A stretch of 64,000 nucleotides of DNA from a candidate division WOR-3 bacterium (GCA_965649295.1 CBFGKH010000002.1:1-64000); one strand, 5' to 3'; shown: positions 21,063-31,406, counted from the stretch's first letter. Notes: generated by a model from the letters alone, not told the origin. Numbers and translations are program-made.

Positions 21063-21220
21063 AGGCATCTTCCGGCAGAACCTAGCGGACTCGCTACTGA
21101 CCAGGCATCGGGCAGGCTCTTTCTGTTGGTGACGGTGATAGTGGTTGCTCATAGGCTGGAGCAGAACGTCTGAGCACGACGGCTGCGGTGCTCGGAGCAA
21201 CTGGGACTGTTCCTCGTTTC

Positions 21221-21249
21221 TTGACTTGGCGCGCGGGAGCTAATATCAT
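21221..21249 (+). promoter_or_regulatory. Sigma-70-type promoter of the hdr operon
   Basis: TTGACT-17-TATCAT, 12 nt before the hdrC ATG. Confidence 0.6.
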
Positions 21250-21261
21250 TCCTGTCCAGCA

Positions 21262-21654
21262 ATGCCAACAGCTGATGACCTGTCTTTGCTCAGCCAGATT
21301 GAGGAGCTGAGCGGTCAAGTCGTGGCCGACTGCTACCAGTGCGGCTGCTGCACGGCCGGCTGTCCGATTGGCGAGGCGATGGACCCGCCGCCTAGCAAGG
21401 CCATCCGGTTGCTCCAACTGGGCCGGGTGCGGGAGTTGCTTGGCTCCACCGGGATTTGGCTCTGCGCCTCCTGTCTTGTCTGCGGTACGCGCTGCCCAAG
21501 GGCGGTTGACTATGCCCGAATCGCCGAGGCGTGCCGGGCTCTGGTGCTGCGTTCAAAGCAGAGTCGCGTGGACCCAGACACAGTCACTGACCCAGATTTG
21601 GAGGACATTCCCCAGCAGGCGTTTATCGCCAGTTTCCGCAAGTTCTCGGTATGA
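21262..21654 (+). CDS. hdrC: Heterodisulfide reductase subunit C-like
   Basis: CYQCGCCTAGCP and IWLCASCLVCGTRCP. Confidence 0.9.
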   Translation: MPTADDLSLLSQIEELSGQVVADCYQCGCCTAGCPIGEAMDPPPSKAIRLLQLGRVRELLGSTGIWLCASCLVCGTRCPRAVDYARIAEACRALVLRSKQSRVDPDTVTDPDLEDIPQQAFIASFRKFSV

Positions 21655-22508
21655 GCTACGTCTATTATCCGGGTTGCACCCTTTACACCAAGGCGAAGAA
21701 TCTTGATAACTGCGCGCGGAAGGCAGCCGCCAAGGTCGGGTTTGAGCTGGTGGAGATGCCGTCGTGGAACTGCTGCGGCGCTATCTACAACGCTACCAGC
21801 GATGACCTGGCTGCTCAGGTCGGGCCGGTGCGCAACCTGGCCAAGGCGAGCCAGCTTGGTGACAAGCTCGTCACCTTGTGCGCGGCCTGCTATAACGTGC
21901 TCAAGCGCGTGCAGGACCGGATTGACGCGCCGGGCAATGAGGTTGAGCGCAACCGACTGCTGGAGTTTGTCGAGGAGCCTTTTTTGCAGCCGGTCCGGGT
22001 GCTGCACTACCTGGAAGTGCTGAAGAAGGAGATTGGCTGGGAGCGGATTGGCGAGCGGGTGGTGAAGCCGCTTGGCGGGTTGCGGGTGGCTTCTTACTAT
22101 GGCTGCCTGATGGTGCGGCCGCGCGAGGTGCTCGGGTTTGATGACCCTGAGAATCCGCAGGTGATGGATGAGCTGATGCAGGTGCTCGGCGCGGTGCCGA
22201 CGAAGTTTGACTTCAAGGCCGAGTGCTGCGGCGGCTATCTGGTGGTGAACCAGCGGGAGGTGGCTCGGGCCTGCTCGCAGAAGGTTATTGCCAATGCCCA
22301 GTCCTGGGGCGCAGAGGCAATCGTTACCACCTGTCCGCTCTGTCAGTACAATCTCGACGCCCTGCGGCAGCCGCGCGAAGGAGCCTTGCCGGTTTTCTAC
22401 TTCACCCAGTTGCTCGGAATTGCGGTCGGGCTCGAACCCGACGAACTCGGACTCGACTACAACGCGGTTGACCCGGTGCCATTCCTCAAATCAAAGGGGC
22501 TGGTATAG
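21651..22508 (+). CDS. hdrB: Heterodisulfide reductase subunit B
   Basis: YYPGC, WNCCG, CAAC, YYGC, ECCGG, CPLCQYNLD (two CCG domains). Confidence 0.93.
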   Translation: MSYVYYPGCTLYTKAKNLDNCARKAAAKVGFELVEMPSWNCCGAIYNATSDDLAAQVGPVRNLAKASQLGDKLVTLCAACYNVLKRVQDRIDAPGNEVERNRLLEFVEEPFLQPVRVLHYLEVLKKEIGWERIGERVVKPLGGLRVASYYGCLMVRPREVLGFDDPENPQVMDELMQVLGAVPTKFDFKAECCGGYLVVNQREVARACSQKVIANAQSWGAEAIVTTCPLCQYNLDALRQPREGALPVFYFTQLLGIAVGLEPDELGLDYNAVDPVPFLKSKGLV

Positions 22509-24482
22509 ATGGCCGAGCGGGTAGCCAGCGAACCGAAGCCGCTGCCCCGGATTGGCGTTTTTGTCTGCCACTGCGGCATCAACATCGCCGGCGTGGTGAA
22601 GATTCCCGAGGTGCTCGAACGTATTAGCCGGCTGCCGCTGGTCAAGACCTGCAAAGACTACAAATACTGCTGCTCTGACCCGGGTCAGCAGATGATTCGG
22701 GACGCCATCAAGGCCGACAGGCTTGACCGGGTGGTGGTGGCCTGCTGCTCGCCGAGCCTGCACGAGACGACCTTTCGCAACGCCTGCGCCGAGGCCGGGC
22801 TCAACCCCTATCTCTGCGAAATAGCGAACATCCGCGAGCAGTGCTCTTGGGTGACGGCCGACCGCGACGAGGCTACTGACAAGGCCTGTGCCATCATCAA
22901 GACGATGCTCGCCAAGGCCGAGCTTGACCAGCCGCTGGTGGCAGTGAGCGTGCCAATCAAGAAGCGGGCATTGGTGGTTGGTGCCGGCATTGCCGGCATT
23001 CAGGCCGCGCTCGACATTGCCAATGCCGGTTATGAGGTGGTGCTGGTTGAAAAGGAGCCGTCAATTGGCGGGCACATGGCCCAGCTTTCCGAGACGTTCC
23101 CGACGCTCGACTGCTCGCAGTGTATTCTGACTCCGCGCACAGTCGAGGCGGGTCGGCATCCGCGCATCAAGCTGCTGACTTACTCTGAGGTCGAGAGCGT
23201 GTCCGGCTATGTCGGCAACTTCCGGGTGCGGATTCGGCAGAAACCACGCTATGTTGACTTTGCTGCCTGCACCGGCTGTGGCCTCTGCATCGAGAAGTGT
23301 CCGAGTCGGGCCGAGTCGGCTTTTGAGCGGGGGATGGCGAAGCGCAAGGCAATCTATCGGCTGCTGCCCCAGGCGGTGCCCAATCGGCCGGTGATCGACC
23401 CGGCGGCCTGCAGCTATCTGAGCAAGGGCAAGTGCGGGGTCTGCGCCAAGATTTGCCCGACCGGAGCGATTCGCTACGACGACCAGGAACGGTTTGTCGA
23501 GGAGGAGGTCGGCGCGATTGTGCTCGCTACCGGCTATGAACTCCTCGATGCGAAGCGGATCGGCTCGTATGGTGTTGGACAGGTGCCGGATGTGATTGAC
23601 GGTCTTGCGTTTGAGCGGCTGCTTTCGGCCTCGGGCCCGACTGCCGGTGAGGTGCGGCGGCCATCAGACGGCCGGGTGCCAAAGCGGGTGGTCTTTGTCC
23701 AGTGCGCGGGTTCGCGCGACTCGACAACCGGCGTGCCCTACTGCTCGAAGATTTGCTGCATGTACACCGCCAAGCAGGCGATTCTCTACAAGCATCGGGT
23801 GCACGACGGCGAGGCGATTGTCTGCTACATTGATGTCCGGACCCCGGGCAAGGGGTTTGAGGAGTTCTACAAGCGGGCGACCGATGAGGGCGTGACCTAT
23901 CTGCGCGGCAAGGTGTCGAAGGTCTTCCGGCAGGGTGACAAAGTTATCGTCTGGGCAGCCGACACGCTCGCTGGCCGTAAGGTTGAGCTGGAGGCAGATA
24001 TGGTGGTGCTGGCGACTGCGGTCGTAGCCAGCCCGGACGGCGTGGCCCTGGCCCGCAAGCTGAAGGCCCAGCTCGACAGCCACGGCTTTTTGACCGAGGC
24101 ACATCCGAAGCTGCGGCCGGTCGAGACGTTGACGGCCGGCTACTTCCTTGCCGGCACGGGTCAAGGGCCAAAGGACATTCCCGAGACCGTGGCCCAGGCG
24201 TCAGCCGCTGCGGCCAAGGTGCTGGCGATGTTTGGCGCGACCGAGCTGACCCACTCACCGACGACAGCGGTGGTGGACGAGGAGGTCTGCGTCGGCTGCG
24301 GCAACTGCGAGCGGACCTGCGCCTACGAGGCGGTGAAGGTTGACCCGCGGCGCGGTGTTGCGGTGGTGAACGCGGTGCTCTGCGAGGGCTGTGGGGCCTG
24401 TGCGGTGAGCTGTCCGTCCGGGGCGATGAGCCATAAGAACTTTTCTAAGCAGAGCATCTACCAGATGGTTGACCAGTTCTAG
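22509..24482 (+). CDS. hdrA: Heterodisulfide reductase subunit A (canonical length)
   Basis: GVFVCHCGINI, GAGIAG, FPTLDCSQC, QCAGSR, CSKICCMY, EAHPKLRPV, ferredoxin motifs. Confidence 0.93.
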   Translation: MAERVASEPKPLPRIGVFVCHCGINIAGVVKIPEVLERISRLPLVKTCKDYKYCCSDPGQQMIRDAIKADRLDRVVVACCSPSLHETTFRNACAEAGLNPYLCEIANIREQCSWVTADRDEATDKACAIIKTMLAKAELDQPLVAVSVPIKKRALVVGAGIAGIQAALDIANAGYEVVLVEKEPSIGGHMAQLSETFPTLDCSQCILTPRTVEAGRHPRIKLLTYSEVESVSGYVGNFRVRIRQKPRYVDFAACTGCGLCIEKCPSRAESAFERGMAKRKAIYRLLPQAVPNRPVIDPAACSYLSKGKCGVCAKICPTGAIRYDDQERFVEEEVGAIVLATGYELLDAKRIGSYGVGQVPDVIDGLAFERLLSASGPTAGEVRRPSDGRVPKRVVFVQCAGSRDSTTGVPYCSKICCMYTAKQAILYKHRVHDGEAIVCYIDVRTPGKGFEEFYKRATDEGVTYLRGKVSKVFRQGDKVIVWAADTLAGRKVELEADMVVLATAVVASPDGVALARKLKAQLDSHGFLTEAHPKLRPVETLTAGYFLAGTGQGPKDIPETVAQASAAAAKVLAMFGATELTHSPTTAVVDEEVCVGCGNCERTCAYEAVKVDPRRGVAVVNAVLCEGCGACAVSCPSGAMSHKNFSKQSIYQMVDQF

Positions 24483-24494
24483 GGGAAGCGACTA

Positions 24495-27400
24495 GTGGCG
24501 AACAACGAAGAGCGGACAAAGGCCGACAGCCGCCCAGCGCCGGTCGGTGCGGTGCTGGTGGTTGGTTCGGGCATCGGTGGGATTCAGTCGTCGCTCGAAC
24601 TGGCCGATGCCGGGTTCCGGGTCTATCTGCTCGACGAAGGGCCGGCGATTGGCGGCGTGATGGCGATGCTCGACAAGACCTTCCCGACCAATGACTGCTC
24701 GATGTGCATCCTGTCGCCCAAGCTCGTGGCGACGGGCCGGCACCAGAACATTGAGCTACTGAACTACTGCGAGCTACTGGCACTCGAAGGTGAGCCGGGC
24801 CGGTTCCGGGCGCGGATTCGGCGCAAGCCGAGATACGTCCTTCTTGACAAGTGCACTGGTTGCATGGACTGCACCAAGGTCTGTCCGGTGTCGTTGCCCG
24901 ACATCTTCAATCAGGGGCTCGCCCAGCGCGGGGCAACCTACAAGCTCTATCCGCAGGCGATTCCGAATGCGGTCGCCATCGAAAAGAACGAGGCCAAACC
25001 ACCGTGCCGGCTGGCCTGTCCGTCGGGTGTCAATGCCCAGGGCTATGTTGCGCTTATCGCGAAGCGAAAGTTCCGGGAGGCCTATGAGTTGGTGCGCGAC
25101 CGACTGCCGTTTCCTGGTATCTGCGGTCGCGTCTGCCATCATCCCTGCGAGGAGGCCTGCAACCGTCAGGAATATGAGGGGCCGGTGGCAATTCGTACCC
25201 TCAAGCGGTTCGTGGCCGACTATGTCTATGGGCACAACATCCAGTTCCCGGTTATCAAGGAGCCGGCGGCGAGTCGGGCCGAGCGGGTTGCTGTGGTTGG
25301 TGCGGGGCCGGCTGGCCTGACCTGTGCGCTGGACCTGCGGGCCAAGGGCTACCAGGTAACGGTATTCGAGGCATCAGCCAAGGCTGGCGGCATGATGCGT
25401 TGGGGCATTCCGGCTTATCGGCTACCCCGGCCGATTCTCGACCGTGAGATTGATGATATTCTCGCCACCGGCATCGAGCTCCGGACAAACACGACGATCG
25501 CCGGTACGGCCGGCGTGCAGCAGTTGCTGGCCGAGGGGTATAGCGCGGTCTTTCTTGGCATCGGCGCAGGCCGGAGTCGCACCCTGAAGATTGCGGGGAT
25601 GGACCTAGATGGGGTGATGCTCGGGATTGATTTCCTGCGCGAAGTGAATGAGGGCAAGATGCCTCCGGTCGGCAGACGGGTGGTGGTGATTGGCGGCGGC
25701 AATGTGGCGGTTGATGTTGCCCTCTGTGCCCGGCGCTGTGGTGCCGAAGATGTAACGATGGTTTGTCTCGAATGTCGAGAGGAGATGCCAGCCTATGAGT
25801 ATGAGATTGCCGAGGCGCTGGCTGAGGGCGTAAAGCTCAATCCGTCCTGGGGGCCGCAGGCGATTGTCGGCGAGAATGGCCGGGTGACGGGCCTGCGGAC
25901 CGTCGAGTGCACTCGGGTCTTTGATGAAGAGGGACGGTTCAACCCCGAGTTCAACTCGTGTAACGAGGGGTTTGTGCCGGCCGATACGGTGATTCTGGCT
26001 ATTGGTCAGGCAGTGGCGGCTGATGATTTTGACGGCTTTGAGCGGGGGCCGGGCGGCACTTTCAAGACCGATAAGCTGACGCTCGCGACGAATGTGCCGG
26101 GTGTGTTTGCGGGCGGTGACATGGTTTCGGGGCCGGCGTCGGTGATTGAGGCGGTGGCGGCTGGGCACGAGGCGGCCATCTCGATTGACCGCTTTATCAA
26201 CGGGCTAGACCTGGCTGCGGGCCGAGCCAAGCCGGAGGAGAAGCGGGCGACCGCTGAAGAGTCGGCTGCCGCCCGGGCCAAGATTGTTCGGCGCGAGCGG
26301 GCGCCGGAGTCGCAGCGCTGGACCGAGGCCAAAGGCGACCTGCGCGGTAATTTCGCCGAAATCGGACTTGGCTACGATGAGGAGACCGCGGTTGCCGAGG
26401 CCGAGCGTTGCCTCAACTGCGGTATCTGTTCGGAGTGTCTGCAGTGCGTGGCAGCCTGTGAGGCGAAGGCGATTGACCACTCGATGGTTGCGACCGAGGA
26501 GGAGCTTGAAGTCGGGGCGGTGGTGGTGGCGGCTGGTTTCAAAGAGTACAAGCCGACCGGCGAATACGGCTATGGCTATGGTCGCTACCCGAACGTGGTG
26601 ACGAGTCTCGAATTTGAGCGGATTCTTTCGGCCTCGGGCCCTTATGAGGGGCATGTCCGGCGACCAAGCGATCGCACCCAGCCGAGGAAGATTGCCTGGA
26701 TTCAGTGTGTCGGCTCGCGCAATGCCGAGCATTATTACTGCTCGTCGGTCTGTTGCATGTATGCGACCAAGGAGGCGGTCATTGCCCGCGAGCACTGTGG
26801 CGGCAACCTCCAGTGCCACATCTACTACATGGACATGCGCTGCTTCGGTAAGGACTTTGAGCGCTACTACGAGCGGGCGAAGAATGAGTACGGCATTGTC
26901 TATCGGCGCTGCAAGGTAAGCGCCGTGACGCGAAAGGGGGCCAGGGGCCAGGGCGCCGACGAGGAGAACCTCATCATCAGCTATGAGGATGAGGCCGGGG
27001 TACTGCGCGAGGAAGAGTATGACCTCGTAGTCCTCTCAACCGCGCTTGGTGCCAATCCACGGGCTACCGAGCTGGCGCAGCGGATTGGTGTGGGGGCCGA
27101 TGACCAAGGTTTTGTGCGCACCGACCGGTTCGAGCCGATGCTCACCAGTCGGCCGGGTGTCTATGCCTGCGGCGCAGTGGTCGAGCCGAAGGACATTCCC
27201 GAGACTGTCACCGAGTCAACCGGCACGGCCGCGGCAGTGGCGTCACTACTGTCCGCCGGGCGCGGCACCCTCGTCCGCAAGAAGGAGTATCCGCCGTTCT
27301 GCGATGTCAGTGGCGAGGAGCCACGGATTGGCGTTTTTGTCTGCAACTGCGGCATCAATATCGGTGGCGTGGTGCGCGTGCCGAGCGTGGTCGAGTATGC

Positions 27401-28982
27401 CCAGACTCTGCCGGGTGTGGTCTATGTTGACCAGAATCTCTTTACCTGCTCCGAGGACACGCAGCAGAAGATTCGCAAGGCGATTGAGGACTACCGGCTC
27501 AATCGGGTGGTGGTCGCTTCCTGCACGCCGCGGACGCACGAACCGCTCTTTCAGGAGACATTGGCCGAAGCCGGGCTCAATCCGCACCTCTTCACGATGG
27601 CCAACATCCGCGACCAGTGCTCGTGGGTGCACATGCAGGATGCGGTTGCCGCCACCGAGAAGTCGAAGGAGCTCGTCAGGATGGCGGTGGCGAACGCCCG
27701 GCTGCTCAAGCCGCTGCAATCGTTCCCGCAGGCCATCGTCCAGAAGGCGCTCGTCATTGGCGGTGGTCTCGCGGGCATGACCGCGGCGCTGGCGATTGCC
27801 GAGCAGGGGTTTGAGACCTGGCTGGTTGAGCGCAACGACCGGCTTGGCGGCAACCTGCTCAAGCTCCGTTACAACGAGGCCGGCGATGATATCGCCGGCT
27901 ATCTCGCCCGGCTCGAAGAACGGGTGCGGCGACACTCGCTCGTTCACGTCCTGACCGGCACCGAGCTCGTCGGCGTGTCCGGCTATGTCGGCAACTACCG
28001 GTCGCGGCTTGCCACCCGGGATGGCGTGACCGAGGTCGAGCATGGGGTGTTTGTGGTGGCGACCGGTGCAAACGAATACCGGCCGACTGAATACCGCTAT
28101 GGTCAGGATGAGCGGGTGATGACGCAGACCGAGCTTGAGGCCCTGCTGGCCGAGAGGCCGGCGGTGGCGGCCGGGCTGCGGCACGTGGTGATGATTCAGT
28201 GCGTCGGCTCGCGCGAGCCCGAGCATCCCTGGTGCTCGCGGGTCTGCTGCACCGAGGCGGTGAAGAATGCGTTGCGACTGAAGGGTCTCAACCCGCAGGC
28301 CAACGTCTATGTGCTCTACCGCGACCTGCGCACCTATGGTTTCAAGGAGGCACTCTACCGCGACGCCCGGGCCGCCGGGGTGATGTTCATTCGCTTTGAC
28401 CCGGAGACGATGCCGGAGCTTTGTGACCGGGACGGCAAGTTGCACGTCTCGGTCTATGACCCGGTGCTGCAGCGCCGGCTCGGCATCAATGCTGATATGC
28501 TCGTCCTTTCGACCGGTATCGTCCCGCCCCAGTCGAATCATGAGCTTGGTCAGTTGCTCAAGGTGCCGCTGAACGAGGACGGTTTCTTCCTCGAAGCGCA
28601 CATGAAGCTGCGGCCGGTTGATTTCACCACGCGCGGCGTGTTTATGGCCGGTCTTGCCCACAGTCCGCGGCGGATTCCGGAGACAGTGGCCCAGGCCTAT
28701 GCGGCGGCGGCGCGGGCCTGTTCAATTATCTCCCATAAGGAGCTTTCGACCGAGGCGGTGGTGGCCGAGGTGAATCCGCGCTGGTGCGTTGGTTGCGGGG
28801 TCTGCGAAAAGGTCTGTCAGTATGAGGCGGCCCGGCTCAACCCGCTGACCGGCAAGTCAGAGGTGACGGCGGTGCTCTGTCAGGGCTGCGGCGCCTGTGC
28901 GGCGGCCTGTCCGTCCGAGGCGATCAAGCTCAAGGGCTTTGAGGCGAGGAATGTGATGGCGATGGTTGATGCTGCGCTGTAG
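24495..28982 (+). CDS. Large HdrA-like protein (HdrL type): two HdrA flavin modules with an inserted GltD/NfnB-like NAD(P)H module
   Basis: FPTNDCSMC; PCRLACP..CGRVCHHPCEEAC; GAGPAG; GGGNVAVD; EAERCLNC; second GVFVCNCGINI and GGGLAG module. Confidence 0.9.
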   Translation: MANNEERTKADSRPAPVGAVLVVGSGIGGIQSSLELADAGFRVYLLDEGPAIGGVMAMLDKTFPTNDCSMCILSPKLVATGRHQNIELLNYCELLALEGEPGRFRARIRRKPRYVLLDKCTGCMDCTKVCPVSLPDIFNQGLAQRGATYKLYPQAIPNAVAIEKNEAKPPCRLACPSGVNAQGYVALIAKRKFREAYELVRDRLPFPGICGRVCHHPCEEACNRQEYEGPVAIRTLKRFVADYVYGHNIQFPVIKEPAASRAERVAVVGAGPAGLTCALDLRAKGYQVTVFEASAKAGGMMRWGIPAYRLPRPILDREIDDILATGIELRTNTTIAGTAGVQQLLAEGYSAVFLGIGAGRSRTLKIAGMDLDGVMLGIDFLREVNEGKMPPVGRRVVVIGGGNVAVDVALCARRCGAEDVTMVCLECREEMPAYEYEIAEALAEGVKLNPSWGPQAIVGENGRVTGLRTVECTRVFDEEGRFNPEFNSCNEGFVPADTVILAIGQAVAADDFDGFERGPGGTFKTDKLTLATNVPGVFAGGDMVSGPASVIEAVAAGHEAAISIDRFINGLDLAAGRAKPEEKRATAEESAAARAKIVRRERAPESQRWTEAKGDLRGNFAEIGLGYDEETAVAEAERCLNCGICSECLQCVAACEAKAIDHSMVATEEELEVGAVVVAAGFKEYKPTGEYGYGYGRYPNVVTSLEFERILSASGPYEGHVRRPSDRTQPRKIAWIQCVGSRNAEHYYCSSVCCMYATKEAVIAREHCGGNLQCHIYYMDMRCFGKDFERYYERAKNEYGIVYRRCKVSAVTRKGARGQGADEENLIISYEDEAGVLREEEYDLVVLSTALGANPRATELAQRIGVGADDQGFVRTDRFEPMLTSRPGVYACGAVVEPKDIPETVTESTGTAAAVASLLSAGRGTLVRKKEYPPFCDVSGEEPRIGVFVCNCGINIGGVVRVPSVVEYAQTLPGVVYVDQNLFTCSEDTQQKIRKAIEDYRLNRVVVASCTPRTHEPLFQETLAEAGLNPHLFTMANIRDQCSWVHMQDAVAATEKSKELVRMAVANARLLKPLQSFPQAIVQKALVIGGGLAGMTAALAIAEQGFETWLVERNDRLGGNLLKLRYNEAGDDIAGYLARLEERVRRHSLVHVLTGTELVGVSGYVGNYRSRLATRDGVTEVEHGVFVVATGANEYRPTEYRYGQDERVMTQTELEALLAERPAVAAGLRHVVMIQCVGSREPEHPWCSRVCCTEAVKNALRLKGLNPQANVYVLYRDLRTYGFKEALYRDARAAGVMFIRFDPETMPELCDRDGKLHVSVYDPVLQRRLGINADMLVLSTGIVPPQSNHELGQLLKVPLNEDGFFLEAHMKLRPVDFTTRGVFMAGLAHSPRRIPETVAQAYAAAARACSIISHKELSTEAVVAEVNPRWCVGCGVCEKVCQYEAARLNPLTGKSEVTAVLCQGCGACAAACPSEAIKLKGFEARNVMAMVDAAL

Positions 28983-29014
28983 CTGAGTGAAAATGCTGAA
29001 CGAAGGAAGCGGTG

Positions 29015-29437
29015 ATGGAGAAATTTGAGCCGAAGATTGTCGGGTTTCTGTGCAACTGGTGCACCTACGCCGGTGCCGACCTGGCCGGGACATCGCGGAT
29101 GCAGTATCCGCCCAACATGCGGCCGATTCGGGTTATGTGCTCGGGCGCGGTTGACTCGGTTTATATCGTGCGGGCCTTGCTCGAAGGGGCGGACGGCGTG
29201 TTTCTGGGTGGGTGCCATCCGGGCGACTGCCACTATGTTTCCGGCAACTACAAGGCCCGGCGCCGGATGGTGCTTTTCAACTCGATTATGAAGTCGCTTG
29301 GTCTTGACGATAGCCGGGTCTGGTTGCGCTGGATTTCGGCAGCCGAGGGCCGCAAGTTTGCCGATACGATTACCGAGTTCACGGAACACCTGCGCGCCAA
29401 AGGCCCGAGTCCGTTCAAGACAATCTGGGAAGTGTGA
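29015..29437 (+). CDS. mvhD: MvhD/FlxD-like [2Fe-2S] subunit
   Basis: GFLCNWCTYAGAD, RVMCSG, GADGV..GCHPGDCHY, WISAAEG. Confidence 0.93.
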   Translation: MEKFEPKIVGFLCNWCTYAGADLAGTSRMQYPPNMRPIRVMCSGAVDSVYIVRALLEGADGVFLGGCHPGDCHYVSGNYKARRRMVLFNSIMKSLGLDDSRVWLRWISAAEGRKFADTITEFTEHLRAKGPSPFKTIWEV

Positions 29438-29444
29438 GGCGGTG

Positions 29445-30563
29445 ATGAAGGGAACGCTCCGCGTTGAGAATCGCAATCCGGAACAGACACTACGGGACCT
29501 GTTCGGCCGCTGGCTCAAAGAGAGCCGGCTGTCGGCAATCCTCGTGCCGGCCTACTCGGCAGCCGGCACCGCCACTGTCGCCCTCGTCTCGAACCCGGAC
29601 AAGCTCGGTGAGGCCGCACCGCTGCTGCCGGCAATGGCGGTCAATGCCGCTTCAATCGTCGCCAGCATCGCTGCCGAGGCATCGCCGAACGCTCGGGTCG
29701 GGCTGTTTTTGCGGCCGTGCGAGCTGCGGGCGGTGGTTGAGCTGCTCAAGCTCAAGCAGATTGACCCGGCGAGCCTGGTGCTGATTGGCATTGATTGCCC
29801 CGGCACCTACAAGGCGGCCGGTTTCCGCAACATTCGCGGCGCAGACGCCGACTTCGACAATAAGCACGTCCGCGACCAGGCGAACTACGCTGCCAACGTC
29901 AACTTCCGGACCGCCTGTCAGCTCTGCGAATACCCCAGGCCGCTGGTGTTTGACCTGGCCATTGGCTACATCGGCATGAACCCGGACGAGGAGCTCTGGG
30001 TTGAGGCGGCAACCGACAAGGGCCGGGCGTTGCTCGAAGGTAGCCTCGTGACCGAAGCGGAGGAGCCAGCCAGCCGCCAGCAGGCGCTGGAGCGGCTGAG
30101 CACCGCCCGCAAGACAAGGACGGCAGAACGCATTGCCGAGCTGGATAGGCAGATGATGGGGCCAGAGAAGCTGGTTGCCTACTTTGCCGATTGCCTCAAC
30201 TGTCACAACTGCATGAAGGTCTGCCCGGTCTGCTACTGCCGCGAGTGTTTCTTCGATTCCGATACCTTCCAGCGCGATATCGGCGAGCACGTCCGGGTAT
30301 CGCTGCGCAAGGGCCTGACCCGGATGCCGTCTGAGACCCTGCTTTTCCATCTGACGCGGATGAATCACATGATGACATCCTGCGTGGCCTGCGGCATCTG
30401 TGAGGACTCCTGCCCGGTGACCATCGGCCTGGCTACGCTCTTCAAGAAGGTATCGCAGAACGCGCAGGCCGAGTTTGACTACGTGTCCGGCCGCAGTCTT
30501 GATGAACCGCTGCCCTTGACGACGTTCCGCGAGACCGAGTTCACCAAGGTTGGAGAGGAGTAG
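29445..30563 (+). CDS. FdhB/FrhB-related (FlxC-like) 4Fe-4S protein
   Basis: RPCELRAVVEL.K..Q, GIDC.G, CLNCHNCMKVCPVCYC, FHLTR..H, CVACGICEDSCP; start moved to ATG 29445. Confidence 0.85.
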   Translation: MKGTLRVENRNPEQTLRDLFGRWLKESRLSAILVPAYSAAGTATVALVSNPDKLGEAAPLLPAMAVNAASIVASIAAEASPNARVGLFLRPCELRAVVELLKLKQIDPASLVLIGIDCPGTYKAAGFRNIRGADADFDNKHVRDQANYAANVNFRTACQLCEYPRPLVFDLAIGYIGMNPDEELWVEAATDKGRALLEGSLVTEAEEPASRQQALERLSTARKTRTAERIAELDRQMMGPEKLVAYFADCLNCHNCMKVCPVCYCRECFFDSDTFQRDIGEHVRVSLRKGLTRMPSETLLFHLTRMNHMMTSCVACGICEDSCPVTIGLATLFKKVSQNAQAEFDYVSGRSLDEPLPLTTFRETEFTKVGEE

Positions 30564-30565
30564 AC

Positions 30566-31300
30566 TTGGCCGAGGCACCGGAACTGCTGGTCAACGACCT
30601 CGACCTTGAGTTCAAGTATCGGCTGGCAGCCAAGTATGGTGACACCGGGTTCATGCACTGCCTGTCGTGCGGGTCGTGCTCGGCTTCCTGTCCGGTGCGC
30701 CGGCTGGAGGAGAAGTACAACCCGCGGCGCATTATCCGCATGGCGATACTGGGGATGAAGGAAGAGGTCTATCGGTCTGAGTTTGTCTGGATGTGTTCCT
30801 ACCACACGACTTGCCTCAACCGTTGCCCGCAGGCAGTGAACATCGGTGAGGTCGCGGACGCGGTGGCGCGACTGGCCGAAGCCGAGCGGCGGCAGCCGAC
30901 CCCGCCGGCGGAGAGGATTCGTCAGCCGGACTTTGACCGGGACTTCAAGAAGCAGGTCCAGAAGATGGCTCCGAGCGCGAGCGCCTGTTTTGTCTGCGGC
31001 TCGTGCAGCGCAGTCTGCCCGGAGACGCTCTTTGACCCGACCAAGGACCCCCGCCGGTTTATCCGCAAGGTGAACATGGGCCTGCGCGATGCTGCCCTGG
31101 CCGATGAGTTCAAGGACATCTGCGCCACCCACTTTCGCTGCCTTTCGCGCTGCCCGCAGGGCGTGCAGATATCGAGGATAATGAACGCAATCAAGGCGTG
31201 TGCAATTGAGGACGGATTTGGCTACCCGGCAGCGCTGGCGGCGCTGGAGGTGCCGGTTGAGACGAGGCCAGAAGCCAGAGGTCAGCGTGCAGATTATTAG
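30566..31300 (+). CDS. Tandem double HdrC-like Fe-S protein
   Basis: CLSCGSCSASCP..CSYHTTCLNRCP and CFVCGSCSAVCP..CATHFRCLSRCP; TTG start after GGAG. Confidence 0.85.
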   Translation: MAEAPELLVNDLDLEFKYRLAAKYGDTGFMHCLSCGSCSASCPVRRLEEKYNPRRIIRMAILGMKEEVYRSEFVWMCSYHTTCLNRCPQAVNIGEVADAVARLAEAERRQPTPPAERIRQPDFDRDFKKQVQKMAPSASACFVCGSCSAVCPETLFDPTKDPRRFIRKVNMGLRDAALADEFKDICATHFRCLSRCPQGVQISRIMNAIKACAIEDGFGYPAALAALEVPVETRPEARGQRADY

Positions 31301-31406
31301 GGGACGCGGCGCAGCCAAGCGAGCTTAGGATGGTTGTGGCTCTAGCTTCTGCATTCTTGCTGCTAGGTCCTGCCTTCGTCCGGCCTGAGATAGGCGAGGT
31401 GTTCCT

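Noticed and set aside
27246..30578. Minus-strand ORFs of 471 aa and 308 aa within the hdr cluster
   Set aside because: Antisense shadows of clear Fe-S genes
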